Shown here piece after piece: positions 10,045 to 17,003 of a DNA stretch of 21,140 nt; positions within the stretch are counted from its first letter, which is position 1; each line of letters begins with the position of its first letter. The notes under the pieces were generated by a model. It saw only the letters and a list, made by a program, of their open reading frames with translations. It ran no database searches and was not told where the DNA came from. This DNA is from Candidatus Brocadiia bacterium (GTDB lineage Bacteria > Planctomycetota > Brocadiia > CAIUPP01): assembly GCA_050015075.1 (NCBI GenBank), contig JBEKCB010000049.1, positions 1-21,140 on the forward strand, read 5' to 3'. Made by a program: the position numbers and the translations under genes.

Positions 10045-12045
10045 CTATTCGGCGCGCCCGGAATCGCGGATGAGCTGCCTGAGAAAATCCGACTGCACCG
10101 GGCCGCCGAGTTTCCGCGCCATGGCCACGTCCTGCCACGCTTTGTCGAACTCCTTCAACTCGTAATGGACAATCGCGCGGCTGCTGTAGGCTCTGGCGTA
10201 GTCCGGCTTCAGGGAGATCGCCCGGTCGAAGTCGCCCAGCGCGAGTTCGTGCTCGTTCACGTCTTCGTAAATGACGCCCCGGTTATTGAAGAACTCGGCG
10301 TTAGCCGGCTCCAGGGCGATCGCCCTCTGGCTGTCGCGGAGCGCCTGCTGAAATTGCTCGATCTGGACGTAGGCCGCGGCTCGGTTAGTGAAGGCGGCGG
10401 CGAAATCAGGCTTCAGCCTGATGGCCTCGTCGAAGTCCCGGATCGCGTCGGCGATTTGACGTTGCCTGACCCGCAGGTTGCCGCGATTGTTGTAGGCATC
10501 GGCAAAATACGGCGACAGCTCGATGGCCTTTTCGTAGTCCTTTAACGCGAGGTCGTACTTCCCGGTGCGGAACAGGACATAGCCGCGGCCGTTGTACGCC
10601 GAGGCGAAATCCGGCATCAGATCAATCGCTTTGGAGTAGTCGAGAATGGCCTCGTCGGGCTTTCCGGACAGCGCATCCGCGCGGCCCAGGTTGTGCCATG
10701 CCACGGCGTATCTGGGGTTCAACGCGATGCTCCGCTTGAAGCAGTTCAGGGCCTCGTCCCGTTTCCCCGCGCGGAAGCAGACATCGCCCAGGTTGTTCCA
10801 CGCCAGCCACGATCCTTCCTGCTTCGCGATATTGTCCCGCCAGAGCAGTTGCCCGTCGGCATAAAGTCTCGCTCGATCCCACGTCAGAACCGCAAGAACC
10901 ACCACGCATCCCGCGGCGGCGAACGTTCCCGCGCGGCCCGGCCATCCGGCTGCGGCGGCGGCTCGCGCCAGCACCGCCGCGGTGAAGGCGATGACGCCGA
11001 TCAGGGCGGCATACTGGAGATGGTCCGCCACGAGTGAGAGCTTCATGAACGACATGCTCACAATGCCGATAACCGGCAGCAGCGTGATGACGAAGTATCC
11101 CATCGCGAACAACGGCGCGCGACCCCAGCGCTTGCGGCGCGTCCAGAGGAGGGCGAAAGCGCCGGCGATCAGCGCCAGCGGCAGGAACGCCACCGGGTTT
11201 GTGCCGACGTCCCAGCGCGGGTATGCGGCGCAGAGTCCCGCGGGAACGAGGGCTTTAAACAGGTAGAAGCCGACGATCCATCCCGTCGCGGCCACGCGCG
11301 ACGCCCATCCCTCGGGCCGGACGATCTCGTGCCGGATGACGTTGTTCTGCTGGAACCAGACCGTCACCAGCCCCAACGCCAGCGCCAGGGCGAAGAACGG
11401 CAGGCTGCGGAGGAGGTCTTTCCGCTCGATCTTTCCCCGCCGCCACCAGGCGCACATCAGCAGCACGGCCGGCAGCATGACGACCGAGGTCTTCGCCAGC
11501 AGCGCGAGCAGGAACCATAGGATCGAGAGGTAGTACTCGCGCCGCGTTCCTCGCTCGTCGTAGCGGAGATAGGCCAGGAGCGACAGGAGATAGAGCACCA
11601 TCGGCAGCGTGTTCTTCCGTTCCGTGATCCACGCCGCCGACGCCACCGCCACCGGGTGCACCGCGAAAAGAACTCCCGCCAGCCACGCTCCGGGAACGGC
11701 GAGCCGGCGCAGCACCCGCCACACCAGCACTGCGGCGACCGCGTGGAGCAGCACATTCATCACGCGATACCCCGCCGCGTGATCGCCCCAGATCCGCCAT
11801 TCGATCCAGAGCGTGCTGGAGGTGAGCGGGAAATAATCCTCCGCCTGCGTGGTGAACCAGAACCGCTGGAGCCCGTCCGGCGCTTGGATCAGCCAGTTGT
11901 CTTTGAGGAAGGCGTAGTCGTCCCACAGGAAGCCGCCTTGCATCGCCGGGATGTACGCCAGGATCGTGATCGCCAGAATGGCGGCGGCGAAGAGGGCTTG
12001 CCGTCGAGGCGCGATCAGGCTTTCTGATGCCGTATCCGGTTTCAT
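10045..12045 (-). CDS. TMTC-like membrane glycosyltransferase (GT-C) with C-terminal TPR repeats
   Basis: 'FLWDD' acidic loop, 'NVLLH', 'FAVHPV..SAAWITERK', 'ALLAK', multiple TM segments, then repeated 'A(Y/F)NNRG' TPR units. Confidence 0.85.
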   Translation of the reverse strand: MKPDTASESLIAPRRQALFAAAILAITILAYIPAMQGGFLWDDYAFLKDNWLIQAPDGLQRFWFTTQAEDYFPLTSSTLWIEWRIWGDHAAGYRVMNVLLHAVAAVLVWRVLRRLAVPGAWLAGVLFAVHPVAVASAAWITERKNTLPMVLYLLSLLAYLRYDERGTRREYYLSILWFLLALLAKTSVVMLPAVLLMCAWWRRGKIERKDLLRSLPFFALALALGLVTVWFQQNNVIRHEIVRPEGWASRVAATGWIVGFYLFKALVPAGLCAAYPRWDVGTNPVAFLPLALIAGAFALLWTRRKRWGRAPLFAMGYFVITLLPVIGIVSMSFMKLSLVADHLQYAALIGVIAFTAAVLARAAAAAGWPGRAGTFAAAGCVVVLAVLTWDRARLYADGQLLWRDNIAKQEGSWLAWNNLGDVCFRAGKRDEALNCFKRSIALNPRYAVAWHNLGRADALSGKPDEAILDYSKAIDLMPDFASAYNGRGYVLFRTGKYDLALKDYEKAIELSPYFADAYNNRGNLRVRQRQIADAIRDFDEAIRLKPDFAAAFTNRAAAYVQIEQFQQALRDSQRAIALEPANAEFFNNRGVIYEDVNEHELALGDFDRAISLKPDYARAYSSRAIVHYELKEFDKAWQDVAMARKLGGPVQSDFLRQLIRDSGRAE

Positions 12046-13964
12046 TTCGACCGCCTTGTGGCCCGCAGCAGGGCCTCGACGAACATGGGCGGCGGCTGGC
12101 CGCCCTTCGCCTGGAACGTCTGCACGTCAGCCAGCGCCTGCTCGTACTGCCCGTTCTGCGAATAGGCGCTCGCGCGGTTGATGTAAGCCTGGCGAAGGTC
12201 CGGCCTCAGCTCGATGGCCTTGTCGCAGTCGGCGATGGCGAGCGCGGTACGCTCGGACTGCAAGTAGGCGCTCGCGCGGTTCTCGAAAGCTTCGGCGTAG
12301 CCGGGCTGGAGTTCAATGGCCCGGCTGTAGTCCCGGATCGCCTCGGCGAGCCGGCCGGCCTTCATATAAGCGATGCCGCGGTTATTGTACGCCGCGGCGA
12401 AACCCGGCTTCAAGGCGATGGCCTTGTCGAAGTCGCCGACGGCCTCGGCGGTCTGACCCGCCGCGGTATGCGCGATGCCGCGGTTGTTCCATGCGTCGAA
12501 ATAGTCCTCCTTCAATTCGATGGCCTTGCTGAAGCATCGGATGGCGTCGTCGGTGCGCCCCGCTTCAAAGTAAGCCGCGCCGAGATAGTTCTGCGCGCGT
12601 GGTTCCCAAGGGCGTTTCGCGGCCGTATCCTGCCAGATGGAGATCGCGTCGCGGTAATCCGCGTTCCGCTCGAATGTCCCATAACCCAATGCCGCCGCGG
12701 CCGACAGGAGCGCCACAGCCGCCAGGGCGCCGCCGAGGTGTTTCCGTGTCCCAGCGGATTCGGCCGCGCCGCGGAGCAATTTGCCGCCGAGCCAATAAGC
12801 CGCAACGACGCAGCCCGTCACGATGGCCGCCAGAGGCAGGTACATCCGGCGCTCAGCGGCGACCTCCGTGACGATCGGCACGAAGCTCGAGGTCGGCGCA
12901 AGGATGAAAAAGAACCACGCGCCGAGAAACCCGAGCGCCGGCGCGCGGCGCAGCGCCCAGAGAGTCGCGGCCAGCAACGCCGCAATGACGGCCGCCGCCG
13001 GGATGATCTGCCCGGCACTCGTCGCGATCGGCCAGAAGTAGACCAGGCACAGCGAACTCGGCCAGAAGCTTAGCCGCAAGTAATTCAGTATGACGCCCGG
13101 CTGCGTGCGCGCATATTCCCACGGGCCGGCCTCCGGCAGGCCGAACCCCGCGCCGGTCGCCGCGCCCCAGGGATACGCGATCACCAGCGCGCCGAGGATC
13201 GCCCACGTCGCGGCCAGGCCCAGATACAATGGCCACCGGCGGCGGAGCGCTTCGCGGAACGATCCGGAAAGGAAGCATCGGTCGTACAGGAGGACAACGA
13301 TCGGAGCGGTCGCCATGACCTCCTTGGCGCCCATGCCCAGGGCGCAGGCGGCGACGGCTGCCGCGTACCATCGCCCGGGATGCCCGCTGGATGCGCCGCG
13401 GATCGTACCGTAGAGGGTGAGCAGGAAAAAGAGCCCCATGAGACACTCCGTGCGCTGAGTCAGGTAGGTCACCGATTCGGTCAGCAGAGGATGGACCGCC
13501 CAGATCAGCGCCGCGGCGAACGAAACGGCGACGCGTGCGCCATCGTCCATCGTCCATCGTCCCGATGACAGCGTGCGGCGAACGATGCCGAAGAGCACCA
13601 GCGCGGCCAGCAGATGGATGAGCAGGTTCCCGGCGTGAAAGCCGCCCACGTCTAGCCCGCCAATGGCGTAGTTGATTGCGAGCGTGAGGTTTACGACCGG
13701 CCTGCGGGACACTGCGGTCGCCTGGGGCGGAACGAAATTCTCCCAGGCTGGGAAATGGCGGAGGGTCGGATTGTCCTGGATCGCGGAGAAATCATCGAAA
13801 ATGAAGGGGCCGCTGAAGCTGTTCGACCAGGCCGCGATCCCGGCGGCCAGAATCGCTGCGCAGGCCAGTACCGTCCAGCCGGCCTGTCGCGGAGATGCGA
13901 GACGGTCGGAATCCGCGATCGGTCGCTGGCTCATGTTGGGCGCGTGGTCAGCCTGTCGAGGCAT
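12042..13964 (-). CDS. TMTC-like membrane glycosyltransferase (GT-C) with C-terminal TPR repeats
   Basis: 'FIFDD', 'NLLIH', 'WAVHPLLTESVTYLTQR', 'AKE', 'AERRMYLP', TPR 'AYNNRG' units. ATGA overlap with the paralog; the start may be ATG 13934. Confidence 0.85.
   Translation of the reverse strand: MPRQADHAPNMSQRPIADSDRLASPRQAGWTVLACAAILAAGIAAWSNSFSGPFIFDDFSAIQDNPTLRHFPAWENFVPPQATAVSRRPVVNLTLAINYAIGGLDVGGFHAGNLLIHLLAALVLFGIVRRTLSSGRWTMDDGARVAVSFAAALIWAVHPLLTESVTYLTQRTECLMGLFFLLTLYGTIRGASSGHPGRWYAAAVAACALGMGAKEVMATAPIVVLLYDRCFLSGSFREALRRRWPLYLGLAATWAILGALVIAYPWGAATGAGFGLPEAGPWEYARTQPGVILNYLRLSFWPSSLCLVYFWPIATSAGQIIPAAAVIAALLAATLWALRRAPALGFLGAWFFFILAPTSSFVPIVTEVAAERRMYLPLAAIVTGCVVAAYWLGGKLLRGAAESAGTRKHLGGALAAVALLSAAAALGYGTFERNADYRDAISIWQDTAAKRPWEPRAQNYLGAAYFEAGRTDDAIRCFSKAIELKEDYFDAWNNRGIAHTAAGQTAEAVGDFDKAIALKPGFAAAYNNRGIAYMKAGRLAEAIRDYSRAIELQPGYAEAFENRASAYLQSERTALAIADCDKAIELRPDLRQAYINRASAYSQNGQYEQALADVQTFQAKGGQPPPMFVEALLRATRRSK
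13540..13562. repeat. 7-bp tandem repeat (CCATCGT)x3 inside the TMTC-like CDS
   Basis: ccatcgt ccatcgt ccatcgt cc; encodes GRWTMDDG. Confidence 0.8.
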
Positions 13965-14029
13965 GGCCGGAGGACACGTTCCGCATGCCCCGGTTGGAAA
14001 ACTGGGATTCGACGAGACGACAGGAAGGT

Positions 14030-14058
14030 ATTATACGCCCTCGCCCGAGCGGCATCAA
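14030..14058 (-). promoter_or_regulatory. Putative sigma70 promoter for the TMTC-like pair
   Basis: TTGATG (14058-14053), 17 bp, TATAAT (14035-14030). Confidence 0.7.
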
Positions 14059-14075
14059 GACTCGGCGTCGCCGCT

Positions 14076-14444
14076 TTACTTCCGGATGAGGAAGCGGCGG
14101 CGATTGCCCTTGGCCTTGAAGAACTTCCGGCAAAACGCGGCAGCATCAGCCGGGTCGAACTCCTTGCAGGAGAAGACGTTCAGGTAGACCTTGTTCGTCC
14201 CCTCGCTGAAATGCGCAACGATCGAGCTTGTCTCGATGAGCTGCACCAGGCTGTAACCGGACGTCATCGGATCCTTGTGCCCGAAGTGCGCCAGGATCGG
14301 CTTGCCGTATCGCTTCATCTTGATGCGGCGGCAGAGCTGGCGTGCGAAGAGCGCCAGCTTGGCTTTGCTGCGGATCACCTTGGGATCGCAGCCGCGGAGA
14401 TCCAGAATAAGTTCCGCCCCGAACGTTCTGTGCGCTGCGCTCAT
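14076..14444 (-). CDS. speD: Pyruvoyl-dependent decarboxylase proenzyme, S-adenosylmethionine decarboxylase (SpeD) family, 122 aa
   Basis: 'GAELILDLRGCD', 'GYSLVQLIETSSIVAHF', 'VFSCKEFD'. Strong SD GAGGAGGT before ATG 14444. Substrate uncertain. Confidence 0.8.
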   Translation of the reverse strand: MSAAHRTFGAELILDLRGCDPKVIRSKAKLALFARQLCRRIKMKRYGKPILAHFGHKDPMTSGYSLVQLIETSSIVAHFSEGTNKVYLNVFSCKEFDPADAAAFCRKFFKAKGNRRRFLIRK

Positions 14445-14905
14445 TTCACCACCTCCTCTGCAAAGTTCCGGAGAGCGAAACAAGCACGGTAGAGCTCCGC
14501 GTTGTAGTCTTTCGCCGCGAGACGCCGCTGGCCGACGCGCCGTTCGAGGCGATTCCCCGAGACCCGGAGAACCCCGGCTGAACTGTACCCGTGAACGACC
14601 TGAAAACAAATCCTGCTCGCGCAGGCACAACAGTCTGGTCCATGCAGGCTCTGGGAACGTCTGAGGCAGGACGCGGATCAGCAAGTCTCTTCAACGCCAG
14701 CGCCTTTCAGTTCAGAAAGCCGCACATCCCGGTGCGCGATGACCGGCATTCCCATTCCAACAAGAACCCAACCACCACACAGGGTGACCCAGGAAGAGCA
14801 CACGCAAAACTTTCAGGTGCTCTCGCCCAAAGTCCGTCGGCTGTCCAAACCCACCGACGAGAAAGAGCCGCCCCTTTCAATATAGCCCTAATAGTCAGCG
14901 TCAGC
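14445..14905 (-). other. Long, likely structured 5' leader of the speD-like gene (candidate cis-regulatory RNA)
   Basis: Lies between a strong promoter and the speD SD; several stems visible; I recognise no Rfam family. Confidence 0.45.
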
Positions 14906-14910
14906 AGCGT

Positions 14911-14980
14911 TTTATACCACTAATGGTTGTTTCATGTAAAGTGCAAAAGGCCCTTTTTTTCGATTTTTCCAGAAAATTTT
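14911..14980 (-). promoter_or_regulatory. Putative sigma70 promoter with extended -10 and A-tract UP-like element
   Basis: TTTACA (14940-14935), 18 bp, TG-G-TATAAA (14916-14911); A/T tracts at ~14953-14981 in otherwise GC-rich DNA. Confidence 0.65.
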
Positions 14981-15101
14981 TCCGCGCCCCGCAAGACGTC
15001 CAAGGAGGCTGAAGGGTTTCCTCCCTGCGGAATCGAATCTCCGTGCGACCCTGGCGCGCTAAGCCGATCGGTCGTTCGTAAAATGAACGCTGGGAACAAC
15101 A

Positions 15102-15143
15102 AACGGCATCTCTCGCCAAGACGCCAAGAGCGCCAAGAACGGC
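15102..15143 (+). repeat. Left arm of the inverted repeat flanking the GxxExxY gene
   Basis: aacggcatctctcgccaagacgccaagagcgccaagaacggc matches the reverse complement of 15563-15604 at 38/42 positions. Confidence 0.9.
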
Positions 15144-15149
15144 AGAAAA

Positions 15150-15539
15150 CTATTCGGGTTCTTCAAGGCCGTTCACGATGCGGGTGATTCCGTCCTTCAT
15201 CACGGCCTCGCCGAAGTTCAGTAGAAAACCGAGTTTCATGCCGGTCAGCTTCAGGTATGTCAGCAACTGCTTTCTGTGCGCATTATTCAAGGACGCGACG
15301 GACTTGATTTCCAGGATCACCTTTTTCTCGATGATGATATCCGCGCGGAAACCTTCCTCGAAGCGAACTCCCTGGTATTCGATGGGAACTGCCACCTGCC
15401 GTTCCACGGCCAGACCACGCTCAGAAAGCTTGCGCGCCAGGAGAACCTCGTAAACCGTCTCCAGAAGACCCGCACCGAGGTCGCGATGAAGTGCGACAGC
15501 CGCATCCACCACGATTTTGCCGATCTCGTTCTCCGTCAT
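15150..15539 (-). CDS. GxxExxY protein (PD-(D/E)XK nuclease superfamily), 129 aa
   Basis: 'LGAGLLETVYE' (GxxExxY), 'FRADIII', 'ILEIKSV', 'QLLTYLK', 'LLNF'. ATG 15539 follows AGGA; the ORF-track extension to 15617 is translated repeat. Confidence 0.93.
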   Translation of the reverse strand: MTENEIGKIVVDAAVALHRDLGAGLLETVYEVLLARKLSERGLAVERQVAVPIEYQGVRFEEGFRADIIIEKKVILEIKSVASLNNAHRKQLLTYLKLTGMKLGFLLNFGEAVMKDGITRIVNGLEEPE

Positions 15540-15562
15540 CCGTTGCTTCCTTTGCCTGAGCC

Positions 15563-15604
15563 GCCGTTCTTTGCGCTCTTGGCGTCTTTGCGAGAGCCGC
15601 CGTT
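15563..15604 (-). repeat. Right arm of the inverted repeat flanking the GxxExxY gene
   Basis: gccgttctttgcgctcttggcgtctttgcgagagccgccgtt; inverted partner of 15102-15143. Confidence 0.9.
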
Positions 15605-15613
15605 CGTCTACCG

Positions 15614-16987
15614 TCAATTCTGGCGCCCCTTGCGCCTTGGCGCCGGGCGCGTGCGCCGCGGGTTGATCGCGATCATCGGGTCGGCCGCGGAGATCGTGAC
15701 CGTGGCCGTCGCGCTGGCGATTTCCTTCTTGATGTCCTTCACGGTGCCGTCGAACGACAGGCGGCTGCCGGGCTTGATCTCCAGGATCTCCGTCGGCAGA
15801 CCGATGTGATCAAGGAGGGCGATGAACGGTTCGGGGTCCAGCTCCTCGACGTTGACCATCGTTCTCGGGTCCCAGATGCCCTGGGCGATGAGCATGGCCG
15901 CGGCGACGGGCGGGACGCCGGCGGTGTAGCTGATCGCCTGCGCCTCGACTTCGTCATAGCACCGCTTGTGGTCCGACACCTGGTAGATGAAGATCTCCCG
16001 CTTCTTGCCGTCCTTCCACCCCTTGATGAAATTGCCGATGCAGGTCTTGCCGGTGTAGGCCGGCGCCAGCGTCTTCGGGTCCGGCAGGAGCGCTTTGACG
16101 AGTTTGAGTGGGACGACTTCCTGCCCGGTCACCAGGCGGACCGGCAGGTGAGAGAGCAAGCCCAGGGTGCGGAGCGTGGTGAAGACGTTGATGTAATGAT
16201 CGCCGAATCCCATCCAGAAGCGGATGCTGTTCGCATCAATGTTCTGGGAAAGCGAGTGCAGCTCGTCGTGGCCGTTCAGGTAGATCGGCCGCTCGCCGAC
16301 GACGGGGAAATCGTAAATGCGCTTGACCGCGTGCGTGGGATATTCCTTCCACTGGCGGTCAATCCACGTCCAGACCTTGATGAACTCTCGGAAGTTGATC
16401 TCGGGATCGAAGTTCGTGGCGAAATACTTGCCGTGGCTTCCGGCGTTCACGTCCATGATGTCAATCGTGTCAATCTTGTCGAAGTAGCGCTTGACGGCCA
16501 GCGCGCAGTAGGCGTTCACGACGCCCGGATCGAACCCGGCGCCGAGAATGGCGCACAGGCCCGCTTTCCGGCAACGGTCCTTGCGCTTCCATTCGTAATT
16601 CGCGTACCACGGCGGGTCCTCGCAGACCTTTTCCGGCTCTTCATGGATGGCCGTGTCCACATAGGCCGCGCCGGTCGCCAGGCATGCGTCGAGAACGGAC
16701 ATGTTGACGAACGCGCTGCCGAGGTTCAGGACGATGCCGGAGTGCGTCTCCTCGATGAGCCTGGACGTGGCGGGAATATCCAGCGCGTTGATCTGGCGGG
16801 TATAGACTCTGCGGCTTTCATCCTTGATGTTCTTTTTGCGCTTGATACTCGCGACGACCTCGTCGCACTTGGAGAGCGTACGCGCCGCGATGCAGATGTC
16901 GCCCAGCACGTCGTTGTTCATCGCCGCCTTGTGCGCCGCGACGTGGGCAACCCCGCCGGCGCCAATGATCAGAACATTCTTCTTCAT
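15614..16987 (-). CDS. Carboxy(nor)spermidine dehydrogenase/synthase (saccharopine dehydrogenase family)
   Basis: 'VLIIGAGGV', 'YVDTA', 'GAGFDPGVVN', 'HGKYFATNFDPEIN', 'YTGKTCIG', 'QAISYTAGVP'; adjacent to nspC. Confidence 0.92.
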   Translation of the reverse strand: MKKNVLIIGAGGVAHVAAHKAAMNNDVLGDICIAARTLSKCDEVVASIKRKKNIKDESRRVYTRQINALDIPATSRLIEETHSGIVLNLGSAFVNMSVLDACLATGAAYVDTAIHEEPEKVCEDPPWYANYEWKRKDRCRKAGLCAILGAGFDPGVVNAYCALAVKRYFDKIDTIDIMDVNAGSHGKYFATNFDPEINFREFIKVWTWIDRQWKEYPTHAVKRIYDFPVVGERPIYLNGHDELHSLSQNIDANSIRFWMGFGDHYINVFTTLRTLGLLSHLPVRLVTGQEVVPLKLVKALLPDPKTLAPAYTGKTCIGNFIKGWKDGKKREIFIYQVSDHKRCYDEVEAQAISYTAGVPPVAAAMLIAQGIWDPRTMVNVEELDPEPFIALLDHIGLPTEILEIKPGSRLSFDGTVKDIKKEIASATATVTISAADPMIAINPRRTRPAPRRKGRQN

Positions 16988-17003
16988 GACCGCCGCGACC
17001 TCC

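Noticed and set aside
10030-10061. CCGGGCG...CGCCCGG stem between the convergent DUF2304 and TMTC-like genes as a terminator
   Set aside because: Bulged stem overlapping the CDS end with no U-tract on either strand; too weak to call.
10170-10810. Recurrent DNA similarity with ~102-bp period in the TMTC-like genes
   Set aside because: Explained by 34-aa TPR repeats.
14445-14684. 80-aa N-terminal extension of the SpeD-like protein
   Set aside because: A strong SD precedes ATG 14444, and 122 aa matches the family size.
14445-14910. Assignment to known RNAs (SAM-I, lysine, c-di-AMP riboswitches, RNase P, tmRNA, tRNA)
   Set aside because: I could not find their diagnostic consensus blocks by eye; an Rfam search is still needed.
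15102-15604. CRISPR array or classical IS interpretation of the repeats
   Set aside because: Only two inverted arms with no spacers, no DDE or HUH transposase, and no clear target-site duplication.
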